64,000 nucleotides of DNA. Origin: Myxococcota bacterium. GTDB taxonomy: Bacteria; Myxococcota_A; UBA9160; SZUA-336. A program made the position numbers and the translations under genes. The notes beneath the pieces were generated by a model that worked only from the letters and a program-made list of their open reading frames with translations, did not search any database and was not told where the DNA came from. Positions 46,145-55,624 of this stretch are shown here, piece after piece. Each line of letters opens with the position of its first letter. The first letter of the stretch is position 1. The DNA lies in contig CBDFGR010000002.1 of the NCBI GenBank assembly GCA_965247115.1, forward strand, positions 480,001-544,000, read 5' to 3'.

Positions 46145-46980
46145 TGCGTCGCTACGCTCGCGGCGGCGACGAGCGCCACGGTGCCCTTGTCCTTCTCGAT
46201 CCATACGAACGCCTCGGTGCGTGGCGGATCCTCCGCCGCGGGTCCGGTCACCACGCCCCGCACCGTGATGTGCTCCCCCGGCCAGACGATGTTCGTGAAC
46301 TTGACGTCGAGGGTTCCGCCGCGCCACCAGGGCTCACCGAAGTGACGCTCGAGAACCTCCCCCACGTAGGCCATGGTCATGCGCCCTCCGACCACGACGT
46401 CGGCAAAGCCCAGCTCCTCGGACGCCTGCCTGTCCGTGTGGTAGTTGGCGTGCCCGTGGAAGAAGATGCCGCACATCTCCAGGCTGATCGTGCGGTCGAG
46501 CGACTCGATGGGCTTGCCGTCCGGAACCTGGAAGCGGCGCGCGCCCTCCTTCCGCGTCGGGTCGCGCAGCGCAACCTCGCCGCTCTCCTGTCCGAGCAAG
46601 TAGGACTGGTGGTGGCGCGCCACCGCGGCAGGCTCACCAGCAGCGTCGAGCAGGGTCATCTCCGTGTTGACGACGGTCCGGTCGCGACGCTCGTAGATAT
46701 CGAGGATGCTGCCGGACACCTCATACCGCTCGCCGAGTCGCAGGGCCTCGTGAAGCTCCCACTCCTGGCGCATCCACAGGTTTCCGAACGCACTTGCATA
46801 GCCGCTCGCAGCAGTGAACGATGAGTCCGGGATGCTGGCCAGCATCGACGGAAGCTCAGCGCCCTCCGGGGGTCGTTCGAGGGCCAGCCCGTCGTAGTAG
46901 TGGTCGAGCGCTTCGCTCGAGACCGTGAAGGATCTCGTCGGAAGCTCTTGACCGATCCGCGGCTCCGTTTCTTCACTCAT
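46141..46980 (-). CDS. Double hot-dog (MaoC-like) dehydratase
   Basis: NYHTD..A..LGF.D.VVGG and VKFTNIVWPGE, with an N-terminal second hot-dog domain. Confidence 0.82.
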   Translation of the reverse strand: MSEETEPRIGQELPTRSFTVSSEALDHYYDGLALERPPEGAELPSMLASIPDSSFTAASGYASAFGNLWMRQEWELHEALRLGERYEVSGSILDIYERRDRTVVNTEMTLLDAAGEPAAVARHHQSYLLGQESGEVALRDPTRKEGARRFQVPDGKPIESLDRTISLEMCGIFFHGHANYHTDRQASEELGFADVVVGGRMTMAYVGEVLERHFGEPWWRGGTLDVKFTNIVWPGEHITVRGVVTGPAAEDPPRTEAFVWIEKDKGTVALVAAASVATH

Positions 46981-47026
46981 GCTTGCCTCCGGGGTGTTTC
47001 GTTCTCTCCGATTCTGGGTTCCCATT

Positions 47027-48835
47027 CTAGGCGCTCGAGATGCTGCGCCGAAACTCCAGCAGGTCCTCCTCGATCAGGTCGACGGACGCCTGCCAGAAAT
47101 CGGGTCGCTCCAGATCGACGCCGAGGCTACGCATGGCCACGGCCTCGGCGGTGTCGCTGCCCGTCAGTCGAAGCAGCTCCTCGTACCGGGGCAGGAAGTC
47201 GGGACCCTCCTGCTTGGCGCGCGCGAAGATCCCCAGACTGAACAGATACCCGAAGGTGTAGGGAAAGTTGTAGAAGCTCGTGCCCGTGATGTAGAAGTGG
47301 AGCTTCGAGGCCCAGAACCAGGGATCCAGCTCGTCTTCCGCGAGCGCGTCGCCGTAGTTGTCACGCTGGGCCTCCAGCATCAGGTCCCTCAGGCGGCCGA
47401 TGCCGAGCTCGCCCCCCTTTCGTTCCTCGTAGAGCGCACGCTCGAACTCGAAGCGCATCGGGATGTTGAGGAGGAACGTGGAAGCGTCGCTGAGCCGCGA
47501 GTCGAGCATCAGCGCCCGCTCCTGCGCGGACGCTGCGGGATTCGACAGGACGGCGTCGATCACGAGCTGCTCGGCGAACGTCGAGGCGGTCTCGGCGAGC
47601 GTCATGGGATAGCGCCTCGCCCAGGGGCGCATGTCGCGCATCAGGTAGCCGTGGTAGGCGTGGCCCAGCTCGTGCGCGAGCGTCGACAGGTCGCCCAGGG
47701 TCCCGTTGTAGGTGATGAAGATGCGCGACTCCCCGATCACGGCGGAGGTCGAGCAGAAGCCGCCGGGCCGCTTGCCGCTGCGCGGCTCGTAGTCGATCCA
47801 GCGCTTGTCGAAGGCGGAGGCGGCGAAGTCGGCAAGCCCAGGATTGAAGGCCCCAAAGGCCAGCAGCACCCGCTCGCGCGCCACGTTCCATGGCAGCTCT
47901 CCCGCTCCCGCCTGCGGCAGGGGCGCCATCAGGTCCTGGAAGCCGAGCTTCTCCTTGCCGAGCAACGAGGCCTTTTTCCTGAGATAGTCGCGGGCGACCT
48001 CCTGCCGCGCTGTCACCACCTCGAGCAGCGTGTCGAGCGTGCGGCGCGTGATGCCAGCGTCGAAGAGCGCAGGCTCCAGGAAGTGCGGCACGCCGCGCTG
48101 AGCATAGAGCGTGTGCCTGGTGCCGGAGATCGCGTTCAGACATGCGGCCGTCACGTCGCCGACCCGCTCCCATGCCCGGTTCGAGCCCTCGAGCGCGGCA
48201 CGGCGCACCTCCGGCTGCGGGTCCTCGAGCAGGCTGCGCACGACCGACACCGGAAGGTGACGGGCCTCGCGGCCGGGAACGGCGAGCTCGAACTCGAGCT
48301 TCCCGGAGAGCTGGTCGTACAGGCGGCCCCAGGCCGAGAGCCCATCCACGGAGAGCTCCGCGGACAGCTCCTCGAGCTCGCTCTTCATGCTCCAGCGCGC
48401 CCGCGTTCGCAGCCGGGTCAGGAAGTAGGCAACGTCGCGCAATGCTGGCTCGTCCAGCAGGCGAGCGAAGCGCTCGCGGTCGATGCTCTCGAGCACGGCG
48501 CGGAGCGCCACGTAGACCTTCTCGAGCTCGACCCGTGCCACCGTGGCGGAGGCGGTCTCGCTCTGAACGCGCTCGTCGCGGGAGTCCGCCGCACCGAGGC
48601 AGCCGAGATAGCCTGCCAGGTGACCGGAGCGTGCCGTCGCGCTCTCGAGCCGCTCCAGCAGGCTTGCCCAGTCCGACAGGTTCTCGTCCTCGATCTGCCC
48701 GAGCTGAGACAGCTCCCGTTGCAGCGCCGCCACGTCCTCGGCGAGTCGGCTCCGAAAGTCGCGGTAGCTCAGACCCCTGAGCTCGGCGAAATACGGCGTC
48801 ATGTCCCAGTTCGGGGCTGACTCCACACCTCCCAT
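47027..48835 (-). CDS. pepF: M3B oligoendopeptidase F family
   Basis: GKRPGGFC, TLAHELGHAYH, LAETASTFAE and FYNFPYTFG. Confidence 0.9.
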   Translation of the reverse strand: MGGVESAPNWDMTPYFAELRGLSYRDFRSRLAEDVAALQRELSQLGQIEDENLSDWASLLERLESATARSGHLAGYLGCLGAADSRDERVQSETASATVARVELEKVYVALRAVLESIDRERFARLLDEPALRDVAYFLTRLRTRARWSMKSELEELSAELSVDGLSAWGRLYDQLSGKLEFELAVPGREARHLPVSVVRSLLEDPQPEVRRAALEGSNRAWERVGDVTAACLNAISGTRHTLYAQRGVPHFLEPALFDAGITRRTLDTLLEVVTARQEVARDYLRKKASLLGKEKLGFQDLMAPLPQAGAGELPWNVARERVLLAFGAFNPGLADFAASAFDKRWIDYEPRSGKRPGGFCSTSAVIGESRIFITYNGTLGDLSTLAHELGHAYHGYLMRDMRPWARRYPMTLAETASTFAEQLVIDAVLSNPAASAQERALMLDSRLSDASTFLLNIPMRFEFERALYEERKGGELGIGRLRDLMLEAQRDNYGDALAEDELDPWFWASKLHFYITGTSFYNFPYTFGYLFSLGIFARAKQEGPDFLPRYEELLRLTGSDTAEAVAMRSLGVDLERPDFWQASVDLIEEDLLEFRRSISSA

Positions 48836-48841
48836 CGGCTC

Positions 48842-48849
48842 AGTATAAT
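48842..48849. promoter_or_regulatory. Overlapping divergent -10 elements
   Basis: AGTATAAT reads TATAAT on plus and TATACT on minus, in a 52-bp gap between divergent genes. Confidence 0.55.
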
Positions 48850-48887
48850 CGCAGGCAGGCGCGGACGCGCAGCCAGGAGAACACGCG

Positions 48888-49682
48888 ATGCTGACTCAGG
48901 ACCGCTACACCACGATCAAGATCGAGAAACGCAAGAACGGGGTTGCGATCGCGACCCTGAACCGCCCCGAGAAGCTCAACGCCGTCGACAGGGCGATGCA
49001 CACTGAGCTAACGACGCTCTCGCTGGACGCCAACGAGGATCCCGACGTCCGCGTCCTGGTGATCACCGGGGCCGGGCGCGCCTTCTGCGCCGGTGGCGAC
49101 TTCAGCGGCTCCGCCCAGTCTCCCGTCCGAGGAGGAGGCCAGACGATGCGCGAGGCGCGCCAGATCGTCGACAACCTGCTCGACTGCGAAAAGCCCGTCA
49201 TCACTGCGGTGAACGGCTACGCGATGGGCCTGGGCGCGACGGTGGCCCTGCTCGGCGACGTGGTAGTTGCGGGCAAGAGTGCCACTTTCGCGGACACGCA
49301 CGTGCGCATGGGAATCGGAGCCGGCGACGGCGGCCAGGTAATCTGGCCGCTGCTGATGGGAGTGAACAAGGCCAAGTTCTTCCTGATGACGGGCGACCGC
49401 CTGCCCGCGGAGGAGGCCGAGCGCGCGGGCTTGGTCAACTTCCTGGTGGAGGATGACCAGCTCATGAAACAGGCACTGGAGATCGCGGACAGGCTGGCCG
49501 CGGGTCCGGGCCAAGCCATCGCGGCCTCCAAGATGCCGATCAACAAGTACATCAAGATGGTCTCGAACCTGGTGCTGCCCCTGTCACTCAAGCTGGAAGA
49601 GGCGAACATGGCCGGCGAAGACGCCCGCGAGGCCGCGCTCGCCTTCCAGGAGAAGCGCGAGCCCAAGTTCACGGGCAGCTAG
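48888..49682 (+). CDS. Enoyl-CoA hydratase/isomerase family protein
   Basis: LNRPEKLNA, AFCAGGD, AVNGYAMGLG and AFQEKREPKF. Confidence 0.93.
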   Translation: MLTQDRYTTIKIEKRKNGVAIATLNRPEKLNAVDRAMHTELTTLSLDANEDPDVRVLVITGAGRAFCAGGDFSGSAQSPVRGGGQTMREARQIVDNLLDCEKPVITAVNGYAMGLGATVALLGDVVVAGKSATFADTHVRMGIGAGDGGQVIWPLLMGVNKAKFFLMTGDRLPAEEAERAGLVNFLVEDDQLMKQALEIADRLAAGPGQAIAASKMPINKYIKMVSNLVLPLSLKLEEANMAGEDAREAALAFQEKREPKFTGS

Positions 49683-49707
49683 GCGGCAGCTCTCCGAGAA
49701 CACGAGC

Positions 49708-50145
49708 ATGGCAACTACGTTCCCGTCACTGGGCTTCTTCCGCGAGCTCGCGAGCCGCATGAACGCGGACCGAACGACCTTCGAGAAGCTTGGCGTCTGC
49801 GACACCGTGATGGGCGTGCGCGTCCTCGGAGAGCCCGCGCTCCTGTACGCGCTCACCTTCGAGGTGTTCGAGTGCGTCGAAACGAAGGAGCTCTCGAGCC
49901 CCGACGAGGCGGAGCTGGACTTTACGCTGGAGGCTCCGCTCGAACTCTGGCGCGAGATGCTCACATCGATTCAGAAGAGCGACGGCGCGAAGGCCGAGTA
50001 CACGCTGAACAGCCTCTCGCACCTCGGCAACCGCATGAGGGTGCAGTACGACGACCCGGACGGCCACGACAAGTTCTACCGCTTCATGGCGACCCTGCAG
50101 GCGTACTTCGACCAGACGAGCGACCTGGAGCTCGAAGACGCCTGA
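49708..50145 (+). CDS. Hypothetical protein (possible SCP2-like fold)
   Basis: FPSL.FF..LA..MN.D, LTFE.FEC and DFTLEA...W..M. Strong codon bias. Confidence 0.6.
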   Translation: MATTFPSLGFFRELASRMNADRTTFEKLGVCDTVMGVRVLGEPALLYALTFEVFECVETKELSSPDEAELDFTLEAPLELWREMLTSIQKSDGAKAEYTLNSLSHLGNRMRVQYDDPDGHDKFYRFMATLQAYFDQTSDLELEDA

Positions 50146-50163
50146 GCCAGAGGGCGGCGAGCC

Positions 50164-51357
50164 TCAGATCACGCCCTCTTCCGCGAGCCTGGCGAGCTCG
50201 TTCTCGGACAGGTCCAGCAGCTCGCCATAGATCTCCGCGTTGTGCTCGCCGAGGCGGGGGAAGGGCTCGAGCGGCAGCTGGCCGAGCTCGGGGAAGCGCA
50301 GCGGGCTGTGCGGAAGCACCACGGGGCCCATGTCACGATGGTCGACCCGTTGGAGCATGCCTCGCTCGTGCATGTGGGGGTCGTTCATCACCTCGCCAAG
50401 GTCGCGCACTGGAGCCAGCGGAACCCGGTGCTCGCGCGCCGTTCGCTCGGCCTCCGCACGGGTCAGCGTCGCGGACCACTCGGCGATGATGCGATCGACC
50501 TGTTCTGCGTGACGGCCTCGCTCGCTCCGGGTCGCGAAGCGTGGGTCCTGCGCGAGCTCCACCCTCCCGATCATCTCGACGAGACGCTCCCAGTGCTGCT
50601 CGGTCACGCAGATGATGGCGATGTGGCCGTCCTTTGTCGGGTAGACGTTATATGGGGCACTCGCGCGACCCGCGGGCTGGTTTCCGTTCCGTCCCGGCAC
50701 CTCGCCCGTCCGGTGGAAGGCCGTGAAGAGCGTGCTGAACGTGAAGTACATGGTCTCCTGCATGGCCACCTCCACGAGCGTTCCCTGGCCCGTACGCTCG
50801 CGGCCGAGCAACGCTGTCAGCACGCCGCTGTAGAGGTGGATCCCGCCCAGGATGTCCGCCACCGCCCCCCCGGCTCGGAGCGGCGGGTCGTCCGGCTGCC
50901 CGGTCACGCTCATCATTCCGGAGACCGCCTGGATGGTGTGGTCCATCGCCAGCTGATCGCGATCCGGTCCGGTGAGCCCGAAGCCCGTGCCCGACGCGTA
51001 GATCAGGCGGGGGTTCGCTGCGGAGAGCACGTCGACACCCACGCCGAGACGGTCCATCACGCCAGGCGCGAAGTTCTCGAGCAGAACGTCGCCGTGCTTC
51101 ACGAGCTCGATCAGGAGCTCGCGCCCGCGTTCCTGCTTGAGATCGAGCGTGACGCTCTTCTTGTTCGAGTTCATCATGGCGAAGGACATCAGCGGCGAGC
51201 CGCCTGCAAGGACGCGCAGGCGCTCGCCCGCGAGGGGCTCCACCTTGATCACCTCTGCACCCGCCAGCGCCATCAGCAGCGTGGCATAGGGACCCTGGTA
51301 GATCTGGCCCAGGTCGATCACACGAACGCCGTCGAGCGGCTGCGAGTTCTGCACCAT
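50164..51357 (-). CDS. Family III CoA-transferase (CaiB/BaiF)
   Basis: PLDGVRVIDL, GAEVIKVE, NKKSVTLDLK, ENFAPG and catalytic-site VAD. Confidence 0.93.
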   Translation of the reverse strand: MVQNSQPLDGVRVIDLGQIYQGPYATLLMALAGAEVIKVEPLAGERLRVLAGGSPLMSFAMMNSNKKSVTLDLKQERGRELLIELVKHGDVLLENFAPGVMDRLGVGVDVLSAANPRLIYASGTGFGLTGPDRDQLAMDHTIQAVSGMMSVTGQPDDPPLRAGGAVADILGGIHLYSGVLTALLGRERTGQGTLVEVAMQETMYFTFSTLFTAFHRTGEVPGRNGNQPAGRASAPYNVYPTKDGHIAIICVTEQHWERLVEMIGRVELAQDPRFATRSERGRHAEQVDRIIAEWSATLTRAEAERTAREHRVPLAPVRDLGEVMNDPHMHERGMLQRVDHRDMGPVVLPHSPLRFPELGQLPLEPFPRLGEHNAEIYGELLDLSENELARLAEEGVI

Positions 51358-51431
51358 GACGCGCCGTTGTACCCTTGCGCGCTCCGGGCGTCAAACGCGC
51401 GCCATTCGCCAGGTGCTAGGCTCCTGGCCGG

Positions 51432-52646
51432 ATGAACGTCCTGAAGATGGCCTGGCGGAACGTGTGGCGGAATCGCCGCCGTACCCTGGTCACGGTCGCC
51501 GCGATGACCCTCGGCCTGACCTCGATGATCCTCGTTGCCAGCATGCTGGCGGGCTTCCTTCGCGACATCGAGCGCGACGTGCTGGACCTCGAGGTCGGGG
51601 ACGTCCAGATCGTTGCCGCCGACTACCGCGATAACCCCTCCATCTACACGCGCATTGAGGATCCGGAGACGCTGCTCACACAGCTGGAGGAGGCTGGCCT
51701 TTCCGCCACCGCTCGCCTGCTCGCGTACGGTCTGGTCGCCGGGGACGAGTCGGCAGCAGGAGCCTCCTTCCTCGGGGTGAACGTCGAGCGGGACGCCCGG
51801 GTGAGCCTGATTCACGAGCAGCTCGCGCAGGGCGAGTGGCTCGCTCGCGACGATCCGAACGGCGTCGTCCTGGGCCGCCGCCTGGCGAGCAGCCTGGGGC
51901 TCTCGCTCGGCTCGCAGCTCGTCGTCCTGACACAGGCTGCAGACGGCAGCATGGCGAACGACCTCTACGTCGTTCGGGGCGTGCTGCTCGGCATTGGGGA
52001 TGGCATCGATCGCTCGGGCGTCTTCATGACGGAGGCCGCGTTCCGCACGCTGCTCGTCCTCCCCGCTGGGGCCCACCAGATCATCGTGCGCCGACCCCTC
52101 GAGGTCGACCTGCCCACCGCCGCGGGCCAGGTCCACGAGCTGGCTCTGGAGCACGACGTCCAGACCTGGCGCCAGCTGCTGCCGACGATCGCTTCGTACA
52201 TCGACTCGGCGCGCAGCATGATCTACATGATGTTCGTCGTCATCTACGTTGCGATCGGCTTATTGATTCTCAACGCAATGTTGATGACCGTCTTCGAGCG
52301 AATACGCGAGTTCGGCGTGCTGAAGGCCATTGGTGTCGGTCCGTTCGAGGTGCTGCTCTTGATCCTGGCCGAGAGTGCGTTCCAGACGGTCATCGCGGTC
52401 GTCGTCGGGCTGGGCCTCGCCGTTCCCGGCGTACTCTACCTGACCTATAGCGGGATCAATGTCGGCAGCATGGCCGGAGTCTCGATGATGGGAATGTCCA
52501 TGAACCCGATCATGCGCGCGGCGGTGGACATCGGCGTGTTCACCGCTCCGATCGTGACACTTCTTTCGATCGTCGCTCTCGCGGTGATCTATCCGGCCGC
52601 GAAGGCCGCGCTGATCCGCCCGGTCGAGGCGATGCGCTACCAGTAG
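51432..52646 (+). CDS. ABC transporter permease (FtsX/LolCE-like)
   Basis: MAWRNVWRNRRRT and VFERIREFGVLKAIG. Confidence 0.9.
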   Translation: MNVLKMAWRNVWRNRRRTLVTVAAMTLGLTSMILVASMLAGFLRDIERDVLDLEVGDVQIVAADYRDNPSIYTRIEDPETLLTQLEEAGLSATARLLAYGLVAGDESAAGASFLGVNVERDARVSLIHEQLAQGEWLARDDPNGVVLGRRLASSLGLSLGSQLVVLTQAADGSMANDLYVVRGVLLGIGDGIDRSGVFMTEAAFRTLLVLPAGAHQIIVRRPLEVDLPTAAGQVHELALEHDVQTWRQLLPTIASYIDSARSMIYMMFVVIYVAIGLLILNAMLMTVFERIREFGVLKAIGVGPFEVLLLILAESAFQTVIAVVVGLGLAVPGVLYLTYSGINVGSMAGVSMMGMSMNPIMRAAVDIGVFTAPIVTLLSIVALAVIYPAAKAALIRPVEAMRYQ

Positions 52647-52660
52647 GAGGACCCCCGTCG

Positions 52661-53917
52661 TTGACGCGTACCAGACTCCCATCGACGGCCTGGCGGAACC
52701 TTTGGCGGCACCGCCGCCGCACCCTGCTCACGCTGCTCTCGATCGCGTTCGGAACGATGCTGGCAATCATCATGACCGGCATGGCCGACTCGATGTTCGG
52801 CGACATGATCAACCTCGCGGCGCGCATGGGCGGGGGGCACGTCACGCTGCAGCACCCGGAGTACCTGGACAGGCCCGCTCTCAAGCGGACGCTTGCCGAC
52901 ACGACGGGGCTGCGAGAGATCGCACTGCGCGAACGAGAAGTGGAGCGGGTGGTCCCGCGCATCACGGGACAGCTGCTGCTCTCCACGGCGGCCCAGAGCT
53001 ACGGCGCCGCCTTCATCGCCTTCGATCCCACACTCGAGGACAACGCCACGCTCTCGATTCTCGACAGCCTGGTCGAGGGAGAGGTCTTTGCCTCCCCGGA
53101 CGACAAGGGGATCATCCTGGGCTCGCGCCTCGCAGGCAACCTGGGCGCGCGGCTGGGCCGCAAAGTCGTCTACACGCTCGCAGACAAGCACGGCGAGATC
53201 ACGCGTGAGGCAGCGCGTGTCACCGGGATCCTGCGCACGGGCTCGCCCAGCGTGGACGCCGCCCTCGCGCTGTTGCCCATAGATACCTTTCGCCGGGCCG
53301 TTGCGTACTCCGCCGACGAGGGCATCCAGGTGGCGGTCTTCCTTTCGGATCAGCGCCGCGCGAATGCGGTGGCCGCACGCCTCGCGGACCGCGTGGGCAC
53401 CCACGTCTCCGCGCTGACCTGGCAGCAGGCCCAACCCGATGTCTCCAGCTTCATCACCATGAAGATCGTTGGCATGCAGGTGATGGAGGTACTCGTGATG
53501 CTGCTAGTAGCGGCGGGCATCTTCAACACGCTCTTCGTGAGCGTGATGGAACGAATTCGCGAGTTCGGGATCATGCTGGCGATCGGCTTCAGCCCGGCGA
53601 ACCTGTTCGGGCTCGTCATGTTCGAGAGCTTGTGGCTCGGGCTCGTAGGTCTCGTTGGCGCCGCCCTGCTTACCGCCGGCCCCTACTACTACCTGGCGAC
53701 CATCGGCATCGACTACGCCGGAATGCTCGCGGGGACCGACTCCGGCAGTGCCGAAGTCGCGGGCATCGCCATGCCCTTGCAGATGCGTGTGGGCATCACC
53801 CCCGAGCACGTGGTCATGATTGCGGGGCTCGTGCTCCTCGCGACACTGCTCGCAGGCATCCTTCCGGCCCGCCAGGCGGGTCGCGTCGTACCCGTCGAGT
53901 CCATCCGGCTGGTGTGA
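52661..53917 (+). CDS. ABC transporter permease (FtsX/LolCE-like)
   Basis: AWRNLWRHRRRT and VMERIREFGIMLAIG. Confidence 0.9.
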   Translation: MTRTRLPSTAWRNLWRHRRRTLLTLLSIAFGTMLAIIMTGMADSMFGDMINLAARMGGGHVTLQHPEYLDRPALKRTLADTTGLREIALREREVERVVPRITGQLLLSTAAQSYGAAFIAFDPTLEDNATLSILDSLVEGEVFASPDDKGIILGSRLAGNLGARLGRKVVYTLADKHGEITREAARVTGILRTGSPSVDAALALLPIDTFRRAVAYSADEGIQVAVFLSDQRRANAVAARLADRVGTHVSALTWQQAQPDVSSFITMKIVGMQVMEVLVMLLVAAGIFNTLFVSVMERIREFGIMLAIGFSPANLFGLVMFESLWLGLVGLVGAALLTAGPYYYLATIGIDYAGMLAGTDSGSAEVAGIAMPLQMRVGITPEHVVMIAGLVLLATLLAGILPARQAGRVVPVESIRLV

Positions 53918-53918
53918 G

Positions 53919-54617
53919 ATGGCAGACACGCCCATCGTCGAGCTCGAGAACGTGACCAAGCTCTACCGCCAGGGCGCGGTCGACGTGGCCGCCCTGCGCG
54001 GGCTCAGCCTCGCGATCGATAGCGGCGAGTTCACCACGCTGTGTGGTCCCTCCGGCTCCGGCAAGACCACGGCGCTGAACTTGATCGGCGCGCTCGACAC
54101 CCCAACGTCCGGCCACGTCCGCGTGGAAGGGCGTGATCTCAGCACGCTGAGCCGGCGCACGCTCAGCCACCTGCGCCGCGACCGCATCGGCTTCGTCTTT
54201 CAGAGCTACAACCTGATCCCGGTGCTCACGGCATACGAGAACGCAGAGATGGTGCTCGCCCTGCAGGGCGTCGAGACCTCCGAGCGCCACGAGCGCGTGA
54301 TGCGCCTGCTCGCCAGCGTCGGCCTCGAGGGTATGGAGGAGCGCCGGCCCGACGAGCTCTCCGGCGGACAGCAGCAGCGCGTCGCCATCGCCCGCGCGAT
54401 CGCACCGGACCCGGCCATCGTGCTGGCCGACGAGCCCACCGCGAACGTCGACTCGGAGACCGCGGACATGCTGCTGGAGCTGATGGAGCATCTGAACCGG
54501 GAGCACGGCGTCACCTTCCTCTTCTCCACGCACGACCCCAAGGTGATGGAGCGGGCGCGGCGCGTGATCCGCATCGTCGACGGCCGCGTCGACCAGGACG
54601 ACATGCGAGCCACGTAG
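53919..54617 (+). CDS. ABC transporter ATP-binding protein (LolD-like)
   Basis: GPSGSGKT, GFVFQSYNL, LSGGQQQRVA, ADEPT and STHD. Confidence 0.93.
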   Translation: MADTPIVELENVTKLYRQGAVDVAALRGLSLAIDSGEFTTLCGPSGSGKTTALNLIGALDTPTSGHVRVEGRDLSTLSRRTLSHLRRDRIGFVFQSYNLIPVLTAYENAEMVLALQGVETSERHERVMRLLASVGLEGMEERRPDELSGGQQQRVAIARAIAPDPAIVLADEPTANVDSETADMLLELMEHLNREHGVTFLFSTHDPKVMERARRVIRIVDGRVDQDDMRAT

Positions 54618-54680
54618 GGAGCCGCTGACGCCACGGGCCTGGCCTATCAAGTACGCTACGTGCACCAACGAGGGGATCCG

Positions 54681-55448
54681 ATGTCAGAAGCACTCAGCTT
54701 GAACGAGGCCCGCCGGAGCGGCGCACTGCGGCTCGTCCTTCCGCTCGGCATTCCCAGTCCGTGGTCCGAGTCGGCAAAGGGAATCTTGCGCCTCAAGGGA
54801 ATCGGCTATACGCCTGTCGCGCACGATGGCCGCGACACCGCCGCACTCCAGGAGTGGACGGGTCAGGCCAGCGCCCCTGCACTCGTCGACGAGGACGAGC
54901 GCGCCTACAGCAGGTGGGACGAGATCCTCTTCTTTGCGGAGGAGCGCGAGCTGGAGCCGCAGCTCATCCCCTCCAACGTCCAGGATCGCGCTCTCATGTT
55001 CGGGCTCGCCCACGAGCTCTGCGGACACCTGGGGCTCGCCTGGTGCCGGCGCCTCACCATGGTGGACGATTCGCTGCGAGAAGGCAGACCGCTACCGAAG
55101 GAGATCGCGGAACGCATCGGGGCGAAGTACGGCTACAGCTCGGAGGCGGCGGCGCGGGCGCCGGGCCGAGTCCTGGACATCGTCGGGCTCCTGGCCTCGC
55201 AGCTCGCACAGCAGAAGCTGCGCGGGCGGACCTTCCTGATCGGGGAGCAGCTCTCCGCACTCGACGTCTACTGGGCAACCTTCGCGGCCCTGATCGATCC
55301 GCTGCCAGACGAGCTCTACCCGACTCCGGCGATGATCCGGGAGGCCTACACCGTTCAGGACCCGCAGGTGCTCGAGCTCTTCGACACGGACCTGCGCGCG
55401 CATCGCGATACCATCTACAGCCGCTTCCTGCCCGGGGAGACCGCCTGA
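54681..55448 (+). CDS. Glutathione S-transferase-like protein
   Basis: PSPWSE.AK..L..KGI, SAP.L and FLIG..LSALDVYW (GST N-capping motif). Confidence 0.7.
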   Translation: MSEALSLNEARRSGALRLVLPLGIPSPWSESAKGILRLKGIGYTPVAHDGRDTAALQEWTGQASAPALVDEDERAYSRWDEILFFAEERELEPQLIPSNVQDRALMFGLAHELCGHLGLAWCRRLTMVDDSLREGRPLPKEIAERIGAKYGYSSEAAARAPGRVLDIVGLLASQLAQQKLRGRTFLIGEQLSALDVYWATFAALIDPLPDELYPTPAMIREAYTVQDPQVLELFDTDLRAHRDTIYSRFLPGETA

Positions 55449-55624
55449 CCGACGCGATCCTGGCTCAGCCCAGCGTCGAGCCGGAGGACGTAGTCGCCTC
55501 GTCGGTTCGCGAGGCGGCCGCGTGATTCGAAGGGGCTACGCCGCTCCTGTATGATGCCCGGCGTGCGTACGCGTGGCACAGGCCCCCCTCTCCTCACTGG
55601 ACCCTTCGTCAAGCAGGGGACTTC

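Noticed and set aside
46979..48820. Long antisense/alternate-frame ORFs (e.g. 613 aa opposite pepF; also 7389-9122, 5929-7509, 34161-35687)
   Set aside because: Shadow ORFs expected at high GC. They are Arg/Ala/Pro-rich or mirror real genes, with no family motifs.
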